A DNA stretch of 64,000 bases from Abditibacteriaceae bacterium (GTDB lineage: Bacteria > Armatimonadota > Abditibacteriia > Abditibacteriales > Abditibacteriaceae): NCBI GenBank assembly GCA_965277285.1, contig OZ255721.1, positions 800,001 to 864,000 on the forward strand, given 5' to 3'. The notes beneath the pieces were generated by a model. The model did not search any database. It was not told the DNA's origin and was given only the letters and a program-made list of their open reading frames with translations. Positions 50,886 through 59,734 of the stretch are shown piece by piece (position 1 is the stretch's first letter; each line of letters opens with the position of its first letter). The translations under genes were made by a program, and so were the position numbers.

Positions 50886-51464
50886 ATGAAAGTTATTTTG
50901 ACCGAAGAAGTCGCCAAATTGGGTGGCGCGCACGAAGTCGTCGATGTCGCCGAAGGTTATGCGCGCAATTTCCTGTTGCCGCGTTCGCTGGCCGTTCCCG
51001 CCACCAAAAGTGCCCTGTCGAACCTGGACAACGAGCGCCGCGTTGCCGAACGTCGCATTGTGCGCCAGCGCGGAGAAGCTGAAAAGACTGCAACAACCGT
51101 GAACGGCAAAACCGTCGTCATTCCGGCGCGCATCGGAACTGGCGGTCGTTTGTACGGCTCGATTGGAACCGCCGACATCGCGCAGGCCGCGACGAAAACC
51201 TTTGGCGTCGAACTCGAGCGCAAGCAAATCGTTTTGCCCGAACCGATTCGTAACGCTGGTTTGTATCTGGTTTCGTTGAAGCTACACCGCGACGTGAACG
51301 CGCACATCACGGTTCAAGTCGGCGACGCACCGGCGGGCGGTTTCGGCGAAGCGATTGACACCAACGCGACGGCCAAAGCCGAAGAAGCCAAAGTCGCCGC
51401 GCCCGCCGCTGCCGAATCGAGTACTGAATCGGTGGCTGTCGAAGCCGAATTGGCCGCGATTTAA
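50886..51464 (+). CDS. rplI: 50S ribosomal protein L9
   Basis: MKVIL, VAEGYARNFLLP, GRLYGSI. Confidence 0.97.
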   Translation: MKVILTEEVAKLGGAHEVVDVAEGYARNFLLPRSLAVPATKSALSNLDNERRVAERRIVRQRGEAEKTATTVNGKTVVIPARIGTGGRLYGSIGTADIAQAATKTFGVELERKQIVLPEPIRNAGLYLVSLKLHRDVNAHITVQVGDAPAGGFGEAIDTNATAKAEEAKVAAPAAAESSTESVAVEAELAAI

Positions 51465-51481
51465 GCCGAAACATTGCAACC

Positions 51482-51520
51482 AAGAAGCGCCCCAATTTAA
51501 TTTTTGGGTCGCTTCTTTTC
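51482..51520 (+). terminator. Probable intrinsic terminator of rplI
   Basis: aagaagcgcccca...tgggtcgcttctt followed by Ts. Confidence 0.55.
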
Positions 51521-51523
51521 GTT

Positions 51524-52371
51524 TTATTGCTGCCCATCAAAGACGACATTTTCAAATCTTCGCGCGGCCAAATCGTCTTTGTGGATGACAAAATAGATTT
51601 TGCCGTTGTCACAGTAATCGAAATCAATTTCATCGTCGCTTGACATTTGCAAAAGTAACAACCAGTTGTCTTTGTCTTCAAAGTCTTTGTAGTGCGTTCC
51701 TGGTTCAGCTAAAAAGTAGCGCGGATCATCTTGAATTTCATCAGGATGACCAAACATCCAATGGATTGAATGCGATCTTGTGAAGTTGTTCCATTCAGAT
51801 ATGAAAGCTATTTGCTGTTGAAACTCCTCGTCCGTTAACTCCGTTAATGGGTTGTGCACTTCGTGCTCACTTTTAGTCCAAACAGGAATAGCTTCTATTT
51901 GTCCGCAACCTATTCCAGTTAAGCCATTTAATTCCTGTGGCCAGGATTTTCGCTCCAACTTCTGCTCTTCAAAATAGTAGACGCGCCAACCGCCTTGATC
52001 TTCGCGTGAATACGCGTCATCCCAACCCTCGCGTTGCGCAAGAAAAAAGAGAGCGTTCCCGTTTTTGGCAGCAAATTATCAATCTCGTAAGCCGCGACAT
52101 CAGCCAGATTGATTTGACAAAGAAAACTCAACGGATACGAACCGTTATATTCTTCCCAAAAAGGCCATTCAAAATCTGATGGCACATCAGGACAACCGCC
52201 AAATTTGCTGCCGCCAACAGGCAAAGACTCATCGTCTGCGCGCCGCGTTTTCAAACCAATGGCAGGTAAAAGCGATTTTAAAAGCTGTGCTTGTCGAACT
52301 CTGGGCGCATAACTTTTAATGACATCTTCTGTTTCTGCGCGCGCTTGAACGTAACGTTGAGCCGCATCCAT
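51524..52371 (-). pseudogene. YwqG/DUF1963-family gene split by a frameshift
   Basis: SKFGGCP, PLSFLCQINL in the first frame; GHPDEIQ, LLLQM, G.IYFVI...DL in the second; break at a T6 run (52043-52048). Confidence 0.75.
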
Positions 52372-52572
52372 AATTAGACTCCCTAACTTCCGGTGATTCG
52401 ATTATGACTTGTTTCGCTAACAATCGAGTACTGGATTCGCGCTTTCTATTGACAACCTGTTGATAAGTGGCAGGCAGAACTTCCAACGGTGGAAAACAAA
52501 AACTATTTGGCGCTTTGGCGGCTTGTCAAGAGCTGTTAAAGCAGTTTGTTTCGGGTTATATTGAAGGGACAA

Positions 52573-55326
52573 ATGAACGCTTCTTCCGTGATTCCTTTCC
52601 CGCAACGCGACGACAATCGTTCGACGGCGCGCGAACGCGTCACGCCGCAAGCGGTGGAAGCGGAACAAAGCACGCTGGGCGCCATGATGATGGAGCGCGA
52701 TGCGATTGCGCGCGCCGTCGAACTGCTGCAAGCCGATGACTTTTACAAAGAAGGCCATCGCAAAATCTTCAGCGCGCTGCTCAGCCTTTTCGACAAAGGC
52801 GAACCCGCCGATTTGATTACAGTTGTCGAAGAATTGCGACGCAAAGGTCAACTCGACCAGATCAACGGCGAAGGTAACGGCCCGGCGTATCTGACGCACC
52901 TCATCGAATCGTGTCCCAGCGCGGCCAACGTGGAAAGTTACGCCAAAGCGGTCGCGGAGAAAAGCATTTTGCGCCAACTCGCCAGCGCAGCCGATCAGAT
53001 CGCGGGCTGGACGTATGGCGATGTCGAAGATGTCAACGTCCTGGTCGATCAATCGGAAAAGAAGATTTTCGAGATCGGTTCCAAACGGCTTTCCGAAGGT
53101 TTTTCGCACATCAAGCCGCTCTTGATGACGGCCTACGACCAGATCGAGCGCCAATTTCAGCGCAAAGGCGAAGCGACCGGAACGCCCACCGGATTCACCG
53201 ATTTGGACGACATTACTTCAGGCTTGCAACCGACCGATTTGATCATCGTGGCAGCCAGGCCTTCGATGGGGAAATGTCTGGCGTATTGGACGTTGATTGA
53301 CGATCCTGAGACAGGCGAACGTCTGACGATTGAAGAATGCGTGCGACGCAAGCAGAATCGAGTACTCAATCTGTCGCGTTTGGGCGAATTGCAAACGACA
53401 AACGTTTCCGACTGGATCGACAGCGGCGTGAAACCGGTTTTTCGTGTCATGACACGACTTGGGCGCAGCGTTGATGTGACGGGACATCATCCTTTCCTGA
53501 CCGTTTCCGGCTGGGTTCCTTTGCACGATTTGAAAGTGGGAAATCACATCGCCGTGCCGCGTTCGCTGCCAGCTTTTGGCGACGTTCAAGAAAATTTGGA
53601 TCGCGTGCGGCTTCTGGCGTATTTCATCGCCGAAGGTGGCCTGACGGGAACCGTTCCCAAATGGACGAACGCCGATCCGGTTCTCGTCCACGATTTTGCA
53701 AGCTGCATTGCGCGGGAATTTCCCGAACTCGAAATCAAAGCGGCGAACAATTCCGGCATCGACTACAAAATCGTGCGCCCCAATCGCGGCAAAGGCGGCA
53801 CAAAAACGTGCGGAGTTGCGGCCAATCCTTTGACACGATGGCTGCAAGAAACCGGTTTGTGGGGCAAAAACGCCAGTGAAAAATCGTTTCCCGAAGCGGC
53901 CTGGACGTGGAACAAAAGCACGCTCGCTGAGTTTTTGCGCGTCTTGTTTTCCTGCGACGGAACAATTTACAAACTGGGCAACTATCCGCGCATCGAGTTC
54001 GCCGTCGCATCCGAAAAGCTGGCGCAAGATGTTCAACACGCGCTACTGCGCTTCGGCATCGTCGCCAAATTGTGGAAGAAGACGGCACGTTGCTGGCGCG
54101 TCGAGATCACTGATCCGCAAGCTGTTTTGCGCTATCAAAGCGAAATCGGCTGGGTCGGCGAAAAATCCGGTCGTTTCGTCGGTATCGAGTACTCGAATCG
54201 CACCATTCCCAAACGTCAATCGAACAACGGTCATGCGCCGCGCGAAGTCTGGGATCTGGTGCGAGAATCCGCCAAAAAGCGTGGACTTTCTCTCATCGAA
54301 CTGGCGCATTTGGCGGGTGAAACGACGGCGCGCGGCAAAACCGGCGGCTGGAATGCACACATTAATCGCGGCGTTCCAAGTCATCGTTTGATGCGTTACG
54401 CCGAAGTTTTGCAGGACGCGACTTTGATGCGCGCCGCCAGCCCCGACATTTATTGGGACGAAATCGTTTCGGTCGAACCGCTCGGCGAACATCAGGTTTA
54501 CGACCTGACAGTTCCCGACGGCTCGAACTTCATTGCGCAAGATGTGTGCGTTCATAACACCGCGCTGTGTCTCAATATCGCGCATCATGTAGCGATGAAA
54601 GAGCGTTTGCCAGTCGCGGTTTTTTCGCTCGAAATGTCGAAAGAGCAGTTGGTGCAACGCTTGATTTGCAGCGAAGCGTCGATCAACTCACGCGATCTCA
54701 GGCGCGGTTTTTTGCAGGATTCCGACTGGCATCGCGTCACCAACGCAGTCAACAATTTGTATCAGGCGCCAATTTTCATTGACGATCAGCCTGGACAAAC
54801 CACCTTTGAAATGCGCGCCAAAGCCCGTCGTCTAATGGCGGAACACGGACAATTGGGTTTGATTGTTGTGGACTATTTGCAGCTCGCGCACTCGTCCGGC
54901 AAAGCCGAAAATCGCGTCAACGAGATTTCCGAAATTGCGCGCTCTTTCAAAAGCATGGCGCGCGAACTCAAAACGCCATTGATCGCCTTGTCGCAGTTAT
55001 CGCGCGCCGTTGAACAACGCGAAGACAAGCGCCCGATGTTGAGCGATTTGAGAGAAAGCGGCAGCATTGAGGCTGAAGCGGATGTCGTGGCGTTCATTTA
55101 TCGACCAAGCTATTACAAGAACAAATCGTTCAAAAAAGAAGACGGCAAGGGCGGTTACACGGGCGCGCCCGGCTCCAGCGAACCCGATCCCGACGAAGGC
55201 ATCGCCGAAGTGATTATCGGCAAGCAGCGCAACGGGCCAGTCGGTACCATTCGCTTGGGGTTCCAACCCGAATACGCGCGCTTCACCAACCTCGCGCGCG
55301 ACAATTATTCCAACGGCTTCGATTGA
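52573..55326 (+). CDS. dnaB: Replicative DNA helicase with intein
   Basis: EAEQSTLG, TGFTDLD, AARPSMGK/T, FSLEMS, VVDYLQL, LSQLSR, SDLRESGSIE, KQRNGP. Confidence 0.97.
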   Translation: MNASSVIPFPQRDDNRSTARERVTPQAVEAEQSTLGAMMMERDAIARAVELLQADDFYKEGHRKIFSALLSLFDKGEPADLITVVEELRRKGQLDQINGEGNGPAYLTHLIESCPSAANVESYAKAVAEKSILRQLASAADQIAGWTYGDVEDVNVLVDQSEKKIFEIGSKRLSEGFSHIKPLLMTAYDQIERQFQRKGEATGTPTGFTDLDDITSGLQPTDLIIVAARPSMGKCLAYWTLIDDPETGERLTIEECVRRKQNRVLNLSRLGELQTTNVSDWIDSGVKPVFRVMTRLGRSVDVTGHHPFLTVSGWVPLHDLKVGNHIAVPRSLPAFGDVQENLDRVRLLAYFIAEGGLTGTVPKWTNADPVLVHDFASCIAREFPELEIKAANNSGIDYKIVRPNRGKGGTKTCGVAANPLTRWLQETGLWGKNASEKSFPEAAWTWNKSTLAEFLRVLFSCDGTIYKLGNYPRIEFAVASEKLAQDVQHALLRFGIVAKLWKKTARCWRVEITDPQAVLRYQSEIGWVGEKSGRFVGIEYSNRTIPKRQSNNGHAPREVWDLVRESAKKRGLSLIELAHLAGETTARGKTGGWNAHINRGVPSHRLMRYAEVLQDATLMRAASPDIYWDEIVSVEPLGEHQVYDLTVPDGSNFIAQDVCVHNTALCLNIAHHVAMKERLPVAVFSLEMSKEQLVQRLICSEASINSRDLRRGFLQDSDWHRVTNAVNNLYQAPIFIDDQPGQTTFEMRAKARRLMAEHGQLGLIVVDYLQLAHSSGKAENRVNEISEIARSFKSMARELKTPLIALSQLSRAVEQREDKRPMLSDLRESGSIEAEADVVAFIYRPSYYKNKSFKKEDGKGGYTGAPGSSEPDPDEGIAEVIIGKQRNGPVGTIRLGFQPEYARFTNLARDNYSNGFD
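53275..54558 (+). mobile_element. Intein (428 aa) with LAGLIDADG homing endonuclease
   Basis: Begins CLAYW after GK, block B TGHHPF, LLAYFIAEG and FLRVLFSCDG, ends VYDLTV...VHN followed by Thr. Confidence 0.95.
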
Positions 55327-55380
55327 TTCATCGAAGCTCTACTCTGCCAAACCTTTTGTATCGAGTACTCGATTCCTTTT

Positions 55381-57366
55381 ATGAACGCTTCCAAGACCAA
55401 GTTGCAACCTCTCATCGAAGGACAGAAACAGTACGTAGTTCCGCTTTTTCAGCGTCGTTATACATGGGACACCAAAAACTGGGCGGCTTTGTGGGACGAC
55501 TTGTTAGAAGTTTGTGAAGAAGCCGAACCGCGCGAACATTTTTTCGGCTCGATTGTCACAATGCCGACACAATCGGTCCCCGAAGGCATCACAAAATACA
55601 CTTTAATAGATGGGCAGCAACGCTTGACGACAACCTTAATTTTGCTGGCCGCAATCCGCGACGCCGAACCTTTACTGGCTGAAGAAATCCAAGCCACGCT
55701 TCTCACCAATCCCTATAAAAGCGGTAGTGACAGTTTCAAGTTATTGCCGACGCAAGTTGAAGGCGACCGCGCTGCTTTCCTGCACATTATCAAATCTTCG
55801 GGCGAACCGGAAGGTGAGGTAACAAACTCCAACATTCCGCGCGCATATCGCTTTTTCCATAAAAAGCTACGGTCTGTTGAAGCGCCGCCGCTTGAGCGGT
55901 TGATGCGGATCGTCGTCAATAATTTGGTAGTTGTCAGCATCGTCCTTGATTCTAAAGAAGACAACCCGTTTCTGATTTTTGAAAGTCTCAATGCTAAAGG
56001 CGAGCGTTTGTCGCAAGCCGACCTAATTCGCAATTACTTTTTCATGCGAATGCCAATGGACAAGCAGACCGAAGTGCATCGTTTGCATTGGGAACCGATG
56101 GAGCGCAAGTTAGGCGATAACTTGAGCGAATTCATCCGTCACTTTCTGATGAAAGACGGCGAAATCGTGCGTCAAAGTGATGTCTACGTGACGTTAAAAG
56201 CGCGCGCCGACAAACACGATAATGCACAAACTCTCGATTACCTGATTGAAATCGCGCGCTTCGCCGACTACTACAAAAAGCTCACCGATGCGACTAAAGA
56301 AACCGATGCGGCCTTGCGCCAACATCTCGAACGCTTGAATCGCATCGAAATGACGGTTGCCTACCCGTTGCTCTTAAATGTTTATAACGAGTACTCGAAT
56401 GCGCGACTTTCGCAAGAGGACTTTCTGCTTTTGCTCGACACCTTGGAAAACTTCATGTTGCGTCGCTTCGTGTGCGCGGTTCCCACGTACGGATTGAACA
56501 AAATCTTCCCGCTCTTGTTTGACCAGGCGAAAAAACAGGGCGATTTGGTTGGCGGCGTGCGCAACGTTTTATCTACCAAAGGCTATCCACGCGACGCCGA
56601 GTTCAAAGAGCGTTTGATGAACTCGACGCTTTATGGAAAAGGCGAAAGGATTCCCAAAGCAAAATTGATTTTGGAACGCTTGGAAACCTCTTTCGCCCAC
56701 AAAGAACAAGTCGCATTCGATAATTTGACGATTGAACACGTCATGCCGCAAACGCCGACCACATGGTGGCGCGAACATTTGGCCACACAACAACCCGCTC
56801 TCTATGAATCGCATCTTCACACGCTGGGCAATCTCACGCTGACAGCGTACAACTCCAATTTATCCAACTTCGGATTCCCCGAGAAAAAAACAATTTTAGC
56901 GCAAAGCCACGTCAACCTCAACGCGTATTTCGCGCCTCTCGAACGTTGGGACAGCGCAGCGATTGCCGAACGCGCAAATGTGCTTTCCGACAAAGCATTG
57001 GAAATATGGAGCGATTTCGCACCGTCTCGCTCTGAAGCCACGTCTCCACAAGGAGTAACGGGAACAACACCGCGCCGCATCGAGATTTTGGGGCATTCGC
57101 AAAATGTCGCTTCTTGGCGTGAAGTTCTGGAAGCGACACTACGCATATTGCACGAACTCGAACCCGACGTGTTGCCTAAATTGGCGGACGAACAATCGCG
57201 CCTCGTGGTATCACGCGATGCTAAAGTGTTGCGAGACCCACGTCCAGTCGTAGAAGGTTTTTGGATGGAGCAGAATTTGTCAGCACACGCTATTTACCAA
57301 GCTTGCCTCAAGGCCATTGAAGTCGCCGATTTAACAGTGCAAGATTTCAAAGTTGATTACCTCTAA
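55381..57366 (+). CDS. GmrSD-type (DUF262 + DUF1524/HNH) restriction endonuclease
   Basis: VPLFQRRYTW, IDGQQR, FESLN, IEHVMPQ, LGNLTL...N; extra C-terminal domain. Confidence 0.88.
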   Translation: MNASKTKLQPLIEGQKQYVVPLFQRRYTWDTKNWAALWDDLLEVCEEAEPREHFFGSIVTMPTQSVPEGITKYTLIDGQQRLTTTLILLAAIRDAEPLLAEEIQATLLTNPYKSGSDSFKLLPTQVEGDRAAFLHIIKSSGEPEGEVTNSNIPRAYRFFHKKLRSVEAPPLERLMRIVVNNLVVVSIVLDSKEDNPFLIFESLNAKGERLSQADLIRNYFFMRMPMDKQTEVHRLHWEPMERKLGDNLSEFIRHFLMKDGEIVRQSDVYVTLKARADKHDNAQTLDYLIEIARFADYYKKLTDATKETDAALRQHLERLNRIEMTVAYPLLLNVYNEYSNARLSQEDFLLLLDTLENFMLRRFVCAVPTYGLNKIFPLLFDQAKKQGDLVGGVRNVLSTKGYPRDAEFKERLMNSTLYGKGERIPKAKLILERLETSFAHKEQVAFDNLTIEHVMPQTPTTWWREHLATQQPALYESHLHTLGNLTLTAYNSNLSNFGFPEKKTILAQSHVNLNAYFAPLERWDSAAIAERANVLSDKALEIWSDFAPSRSEATSPQGVTGTTPRRIEILGHSQNVASWREVLEATLRILHELEPDVLPKLADEQSRLVVSRDAKVLRDPRPVVEGFWMEQNLSAHAIYQACLKAIEVADLTVQDFKVDYL

Positions 57367-57371
57367 ACATT

Positions 57372-58634
57372 ATGCGAGTACTCGTTTTGGGAAGTGGCGG
57401 ACGCGAACACGCGTTGTGTTGGAAACTGGCGCAAAGTCCCCTGCTCTCGCAACTTTTTTGTTGTCCTGGAAATGCGGGAATTGCGCAAATTGCGACGTGC
57501 ATCAGCGGCGATGCGGTGGAAGTTGTACAGCAGATTGGCGCCGATTTCGTAGTCGTTGGGCCGGACGGACTTTTGGCCGATGGCGTTGTGGATAAGCTGA
57601 ACGCAGTTGGCATTCCAGCGTTTGGACCGACGAAAGCCGCCGCGCAACTCGAATCATCGAAGATTTTTTGCAAAGATTTACTGCGACGCTACAACATTCC
57701 GACAGCGACCGCTGAAAGTTTCGGTTCGCCCGAAGAAGCCAAAGCCTACATCTTCGATTTAGAAAGTGACACACCGATTGTCGTTAAAGCCGATGGTTTG
57801 GCGGTCGGAAAAGGCGTTGTCATCGCGCAAACCAAAGCCGAAGCTCTCGCCGCTGTTGATGAAGTTCTGGGTATCGCGCATGCGACGAGCGGCGCTAACA
57901 ATCGCGTTCTCATCGAAGAATATATGACGGGCGAGGAAGTTTCGCTGCTGGCATTGACGGACGGCGAAACGATTTTGCCGCTGGTCGCAGCGCAAGATCA
58001 CAAGCGTATCGGCGAAGGTGATACGGGCGCCAATACCGGCGGCATGGGCTGCTATTCGCCGGTGCCTTCGTTCACGCAAGCATTGTACAACGATGCAATT
58101 GAGAACATTTTGAAACCGACTTTAGCCGCACTTAAAAGCGAAGGCATCGAATATCGCGGCGTTTTGTATGCCGGTTTGATGCTGACGCCAAACGGTACGA
58201 AAGTCGTCGAATTTAACGCGCGTTTTGGCGACCCGGAAACGCAAGTCGTTTTGCCTCGCCTGAAAAGCGATCTTTTGCCACTTTTAATGGCTTGCGCTGG
58301 AGGTTTCGAGTACTCGATTGCTGATTTACCATGCGAATGGACAAATGAAGCGGCGGTTTGTGTTGTGATGTCTTCGCAAGGTTATCCTGGAACCTATCGC
58401 AAAGGCGACGCGATTTCCGGCTTGGACGAAGCGGCACAAAACGGTGCAATTGTTTTTCATGCGGGAACAGGATTCAAAGACCACGAAATCGTGACGAGTG
58501 GCGGTCGAGTTCTTGGTGTCACGGCGTTGGGAAATGGTTTCCACGAAGCTCGCGCGAAGTGTTACAATGCAGTTGAGAAGATTCGTTTTGATGGCGCTTA
58601 TTTTCGGCGTGACATCGGTTGGCGTTGTTTGTAA
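57372..58634 (+). CDS. purD: Phosphoribosylamine-glycine ligase
   Basis: GSGGREHA, PGNAG, KADGLAVGKGV, QDHKR, NTGGMG, RFGDPE, GGRVL. Confidence 0.97.
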   Translation: MRVLVLGSGGREHALCWKLAQSPLLSQLFCCPGNAGIAQIATCISGDAVEVVQQIGADFVVVGPDGLLADGVVDKLNAVGIPAFGPTKAAAQLESSKIFCKDLLRRYNIPTATAESFGSPEEAKAYIFDLESDTPIVVKADGLAVGKGVVIAQTKAEALAAVDEVLGIAHATSGANNRVLIEEYMTGEEVSLLALTDGETILPLVAAQDHKRIGEGDTGANTGGMGCYSPVPSFTQALYNDAIENILKPTLAALKSEGIEYRGVLYAGLMLTPNGTKVVEFNARFGDPETQVVLPRLKSDLLPLLMACAGGFEYSIADLPCEWTNEAAVCVVMSSQGYPGTYRKGDAISGLDEAAQNGAIVFHAGTGFKDHEIVTSGGRVLGVTALGNGFHEARAKCYNAVEKIRFDGAYFRRDIGWRCL

Positions 58635-58655
58635 GCGACATCCGGGAGGCGCGAT

Positions 58656-59714
58656 ATGAAGAGATCGAGTTCGGTTGCTGTGTTGGGCGCTGTTGTTTCG
58701 TATGCCATTTTGCCGTTGATGTCGCCGCAAAAGGCACAGGCTTGTGACGCTTTTACTGCGCAAAATAGCGTTCCCGTTGAAGTGGCCAATGAAGAAGCGG
58801 TAATCGTGTGGGACGCCAAAAACAAAACGCAGCACTTCATTCGTCGCGCCGATTTCACGACACAGGCCAAAGATGTCGGTTTTATCGTTCCAACACCTGG
58901 CATGCCGCAATTGGGCGAGGTGGATGACAACGCTTTTCCCAACCTCCGTTCTTGGATAGAGCAAAACCCTTCCACCTCAGCAACCGCGACGGTTTCAATA
59001 GGCGCCGTTCAAGCCTCAAAGAGCGTGAAGGTTGTCCAACAAAGCCGGGTCGCGGGCTACGATGCAACGGTTTTATCGGCGGATAACACTGCAAATTTGA
59101 ATCGTTGGTTGAAACAGCATCATTACAACTCCACTCCCGCACTGATGACATGGATTCAGCCTTACGTCAAGCGCCACTGGAAAATCACTGCCTTTAAGAT
59201 CGCCCGCGAAAACAACGCCAAAAAAGGCGTGTCTTATCACGCCGTGCGGATGTCTTTCCACACCGAACGCCCTTTTTATCCTTACCGCGAACCGAGCCAG
59301 GCACGCAGCCAGAACAGTCGCTTGCTGCGCGTTTACCTGTTTGCGCCAAAACGCATGACGGGCGCTATCAACGGCAAATTATGGGTCGGCAAAACCGTCT
59401 GGTCCGACACGCCTCCAACCGACCAGCTTCCCGTTTTGACCAAACAACTGGGACTTTCCAGTCATTCGTTGGACAACACGCGCCTGACCGTTCTGGAAGA
59501 CCGCTCGACCGTGCGTTACGCGCCCGATGACGTTTACTTCCAACCCGCCTTCGACCAATCGCGCCTGGTTCCGGTTGTAGCGGCGCAAAGCAGCGACAAA
59601 CCAGGCTCGCAGCCCGCCGGTGTTTTGTTGATTTTAGGGTGCGGCGGCGCGGCGGCCTTTTTCGTGATGCGCAAGCGCTCTTCCAATCGGAGAAGTTCGA
59701 CCTTCGGCCATTAA
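58656..59714 (+). CDS. DUF2330-like exported protein (paralog 1)
   Basis: A.AC signal end, IVWD...QHFIRRA.F, GFIVPTP, PFYPYREP; C-terminal TM segment. Confidence 0.7.
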   Translation: MKRSSSVAVLGAVVSYAILPLMSPQKAQACDAFTAQNSVPVEVANEEAVIVWDAKNKTQHFIRRADFTTQAKDVGFIVPTPGMPQLGEVDDNAFPNLRSWIEQNPSTSATATVSIGAVQASKSVKVVQQSRVAGYDATVLSADNTANLNRWLKQHHYNSTPALMTWIQPYVKRHWKITAFKIARENNAKKGVSYHAVRMSFHTERPFYPYREPSQARSQNSRLLRVYLFAPKRMTGAINGKLWVGKTVWSDTPPTDQLPVLTKQLGLSSHSLDNTRLTVLEDRSTVRYAPDDVYFQPAFDQSRLVPVVAAQSSDKPGSQPAGVLLILGCGGAAAFFVMRKRSSNRRSSTFGH

Positions 59715-59734
59715 GCGAACTGCGAGTACTCGCT

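Noticed and set aside
52458..52496. DnaA boxes or origin upstream of dnaB
   Set aside because: Only two one-mismatch matches (TGTTGATAA, GGTGGAAAA), which is insufficient.
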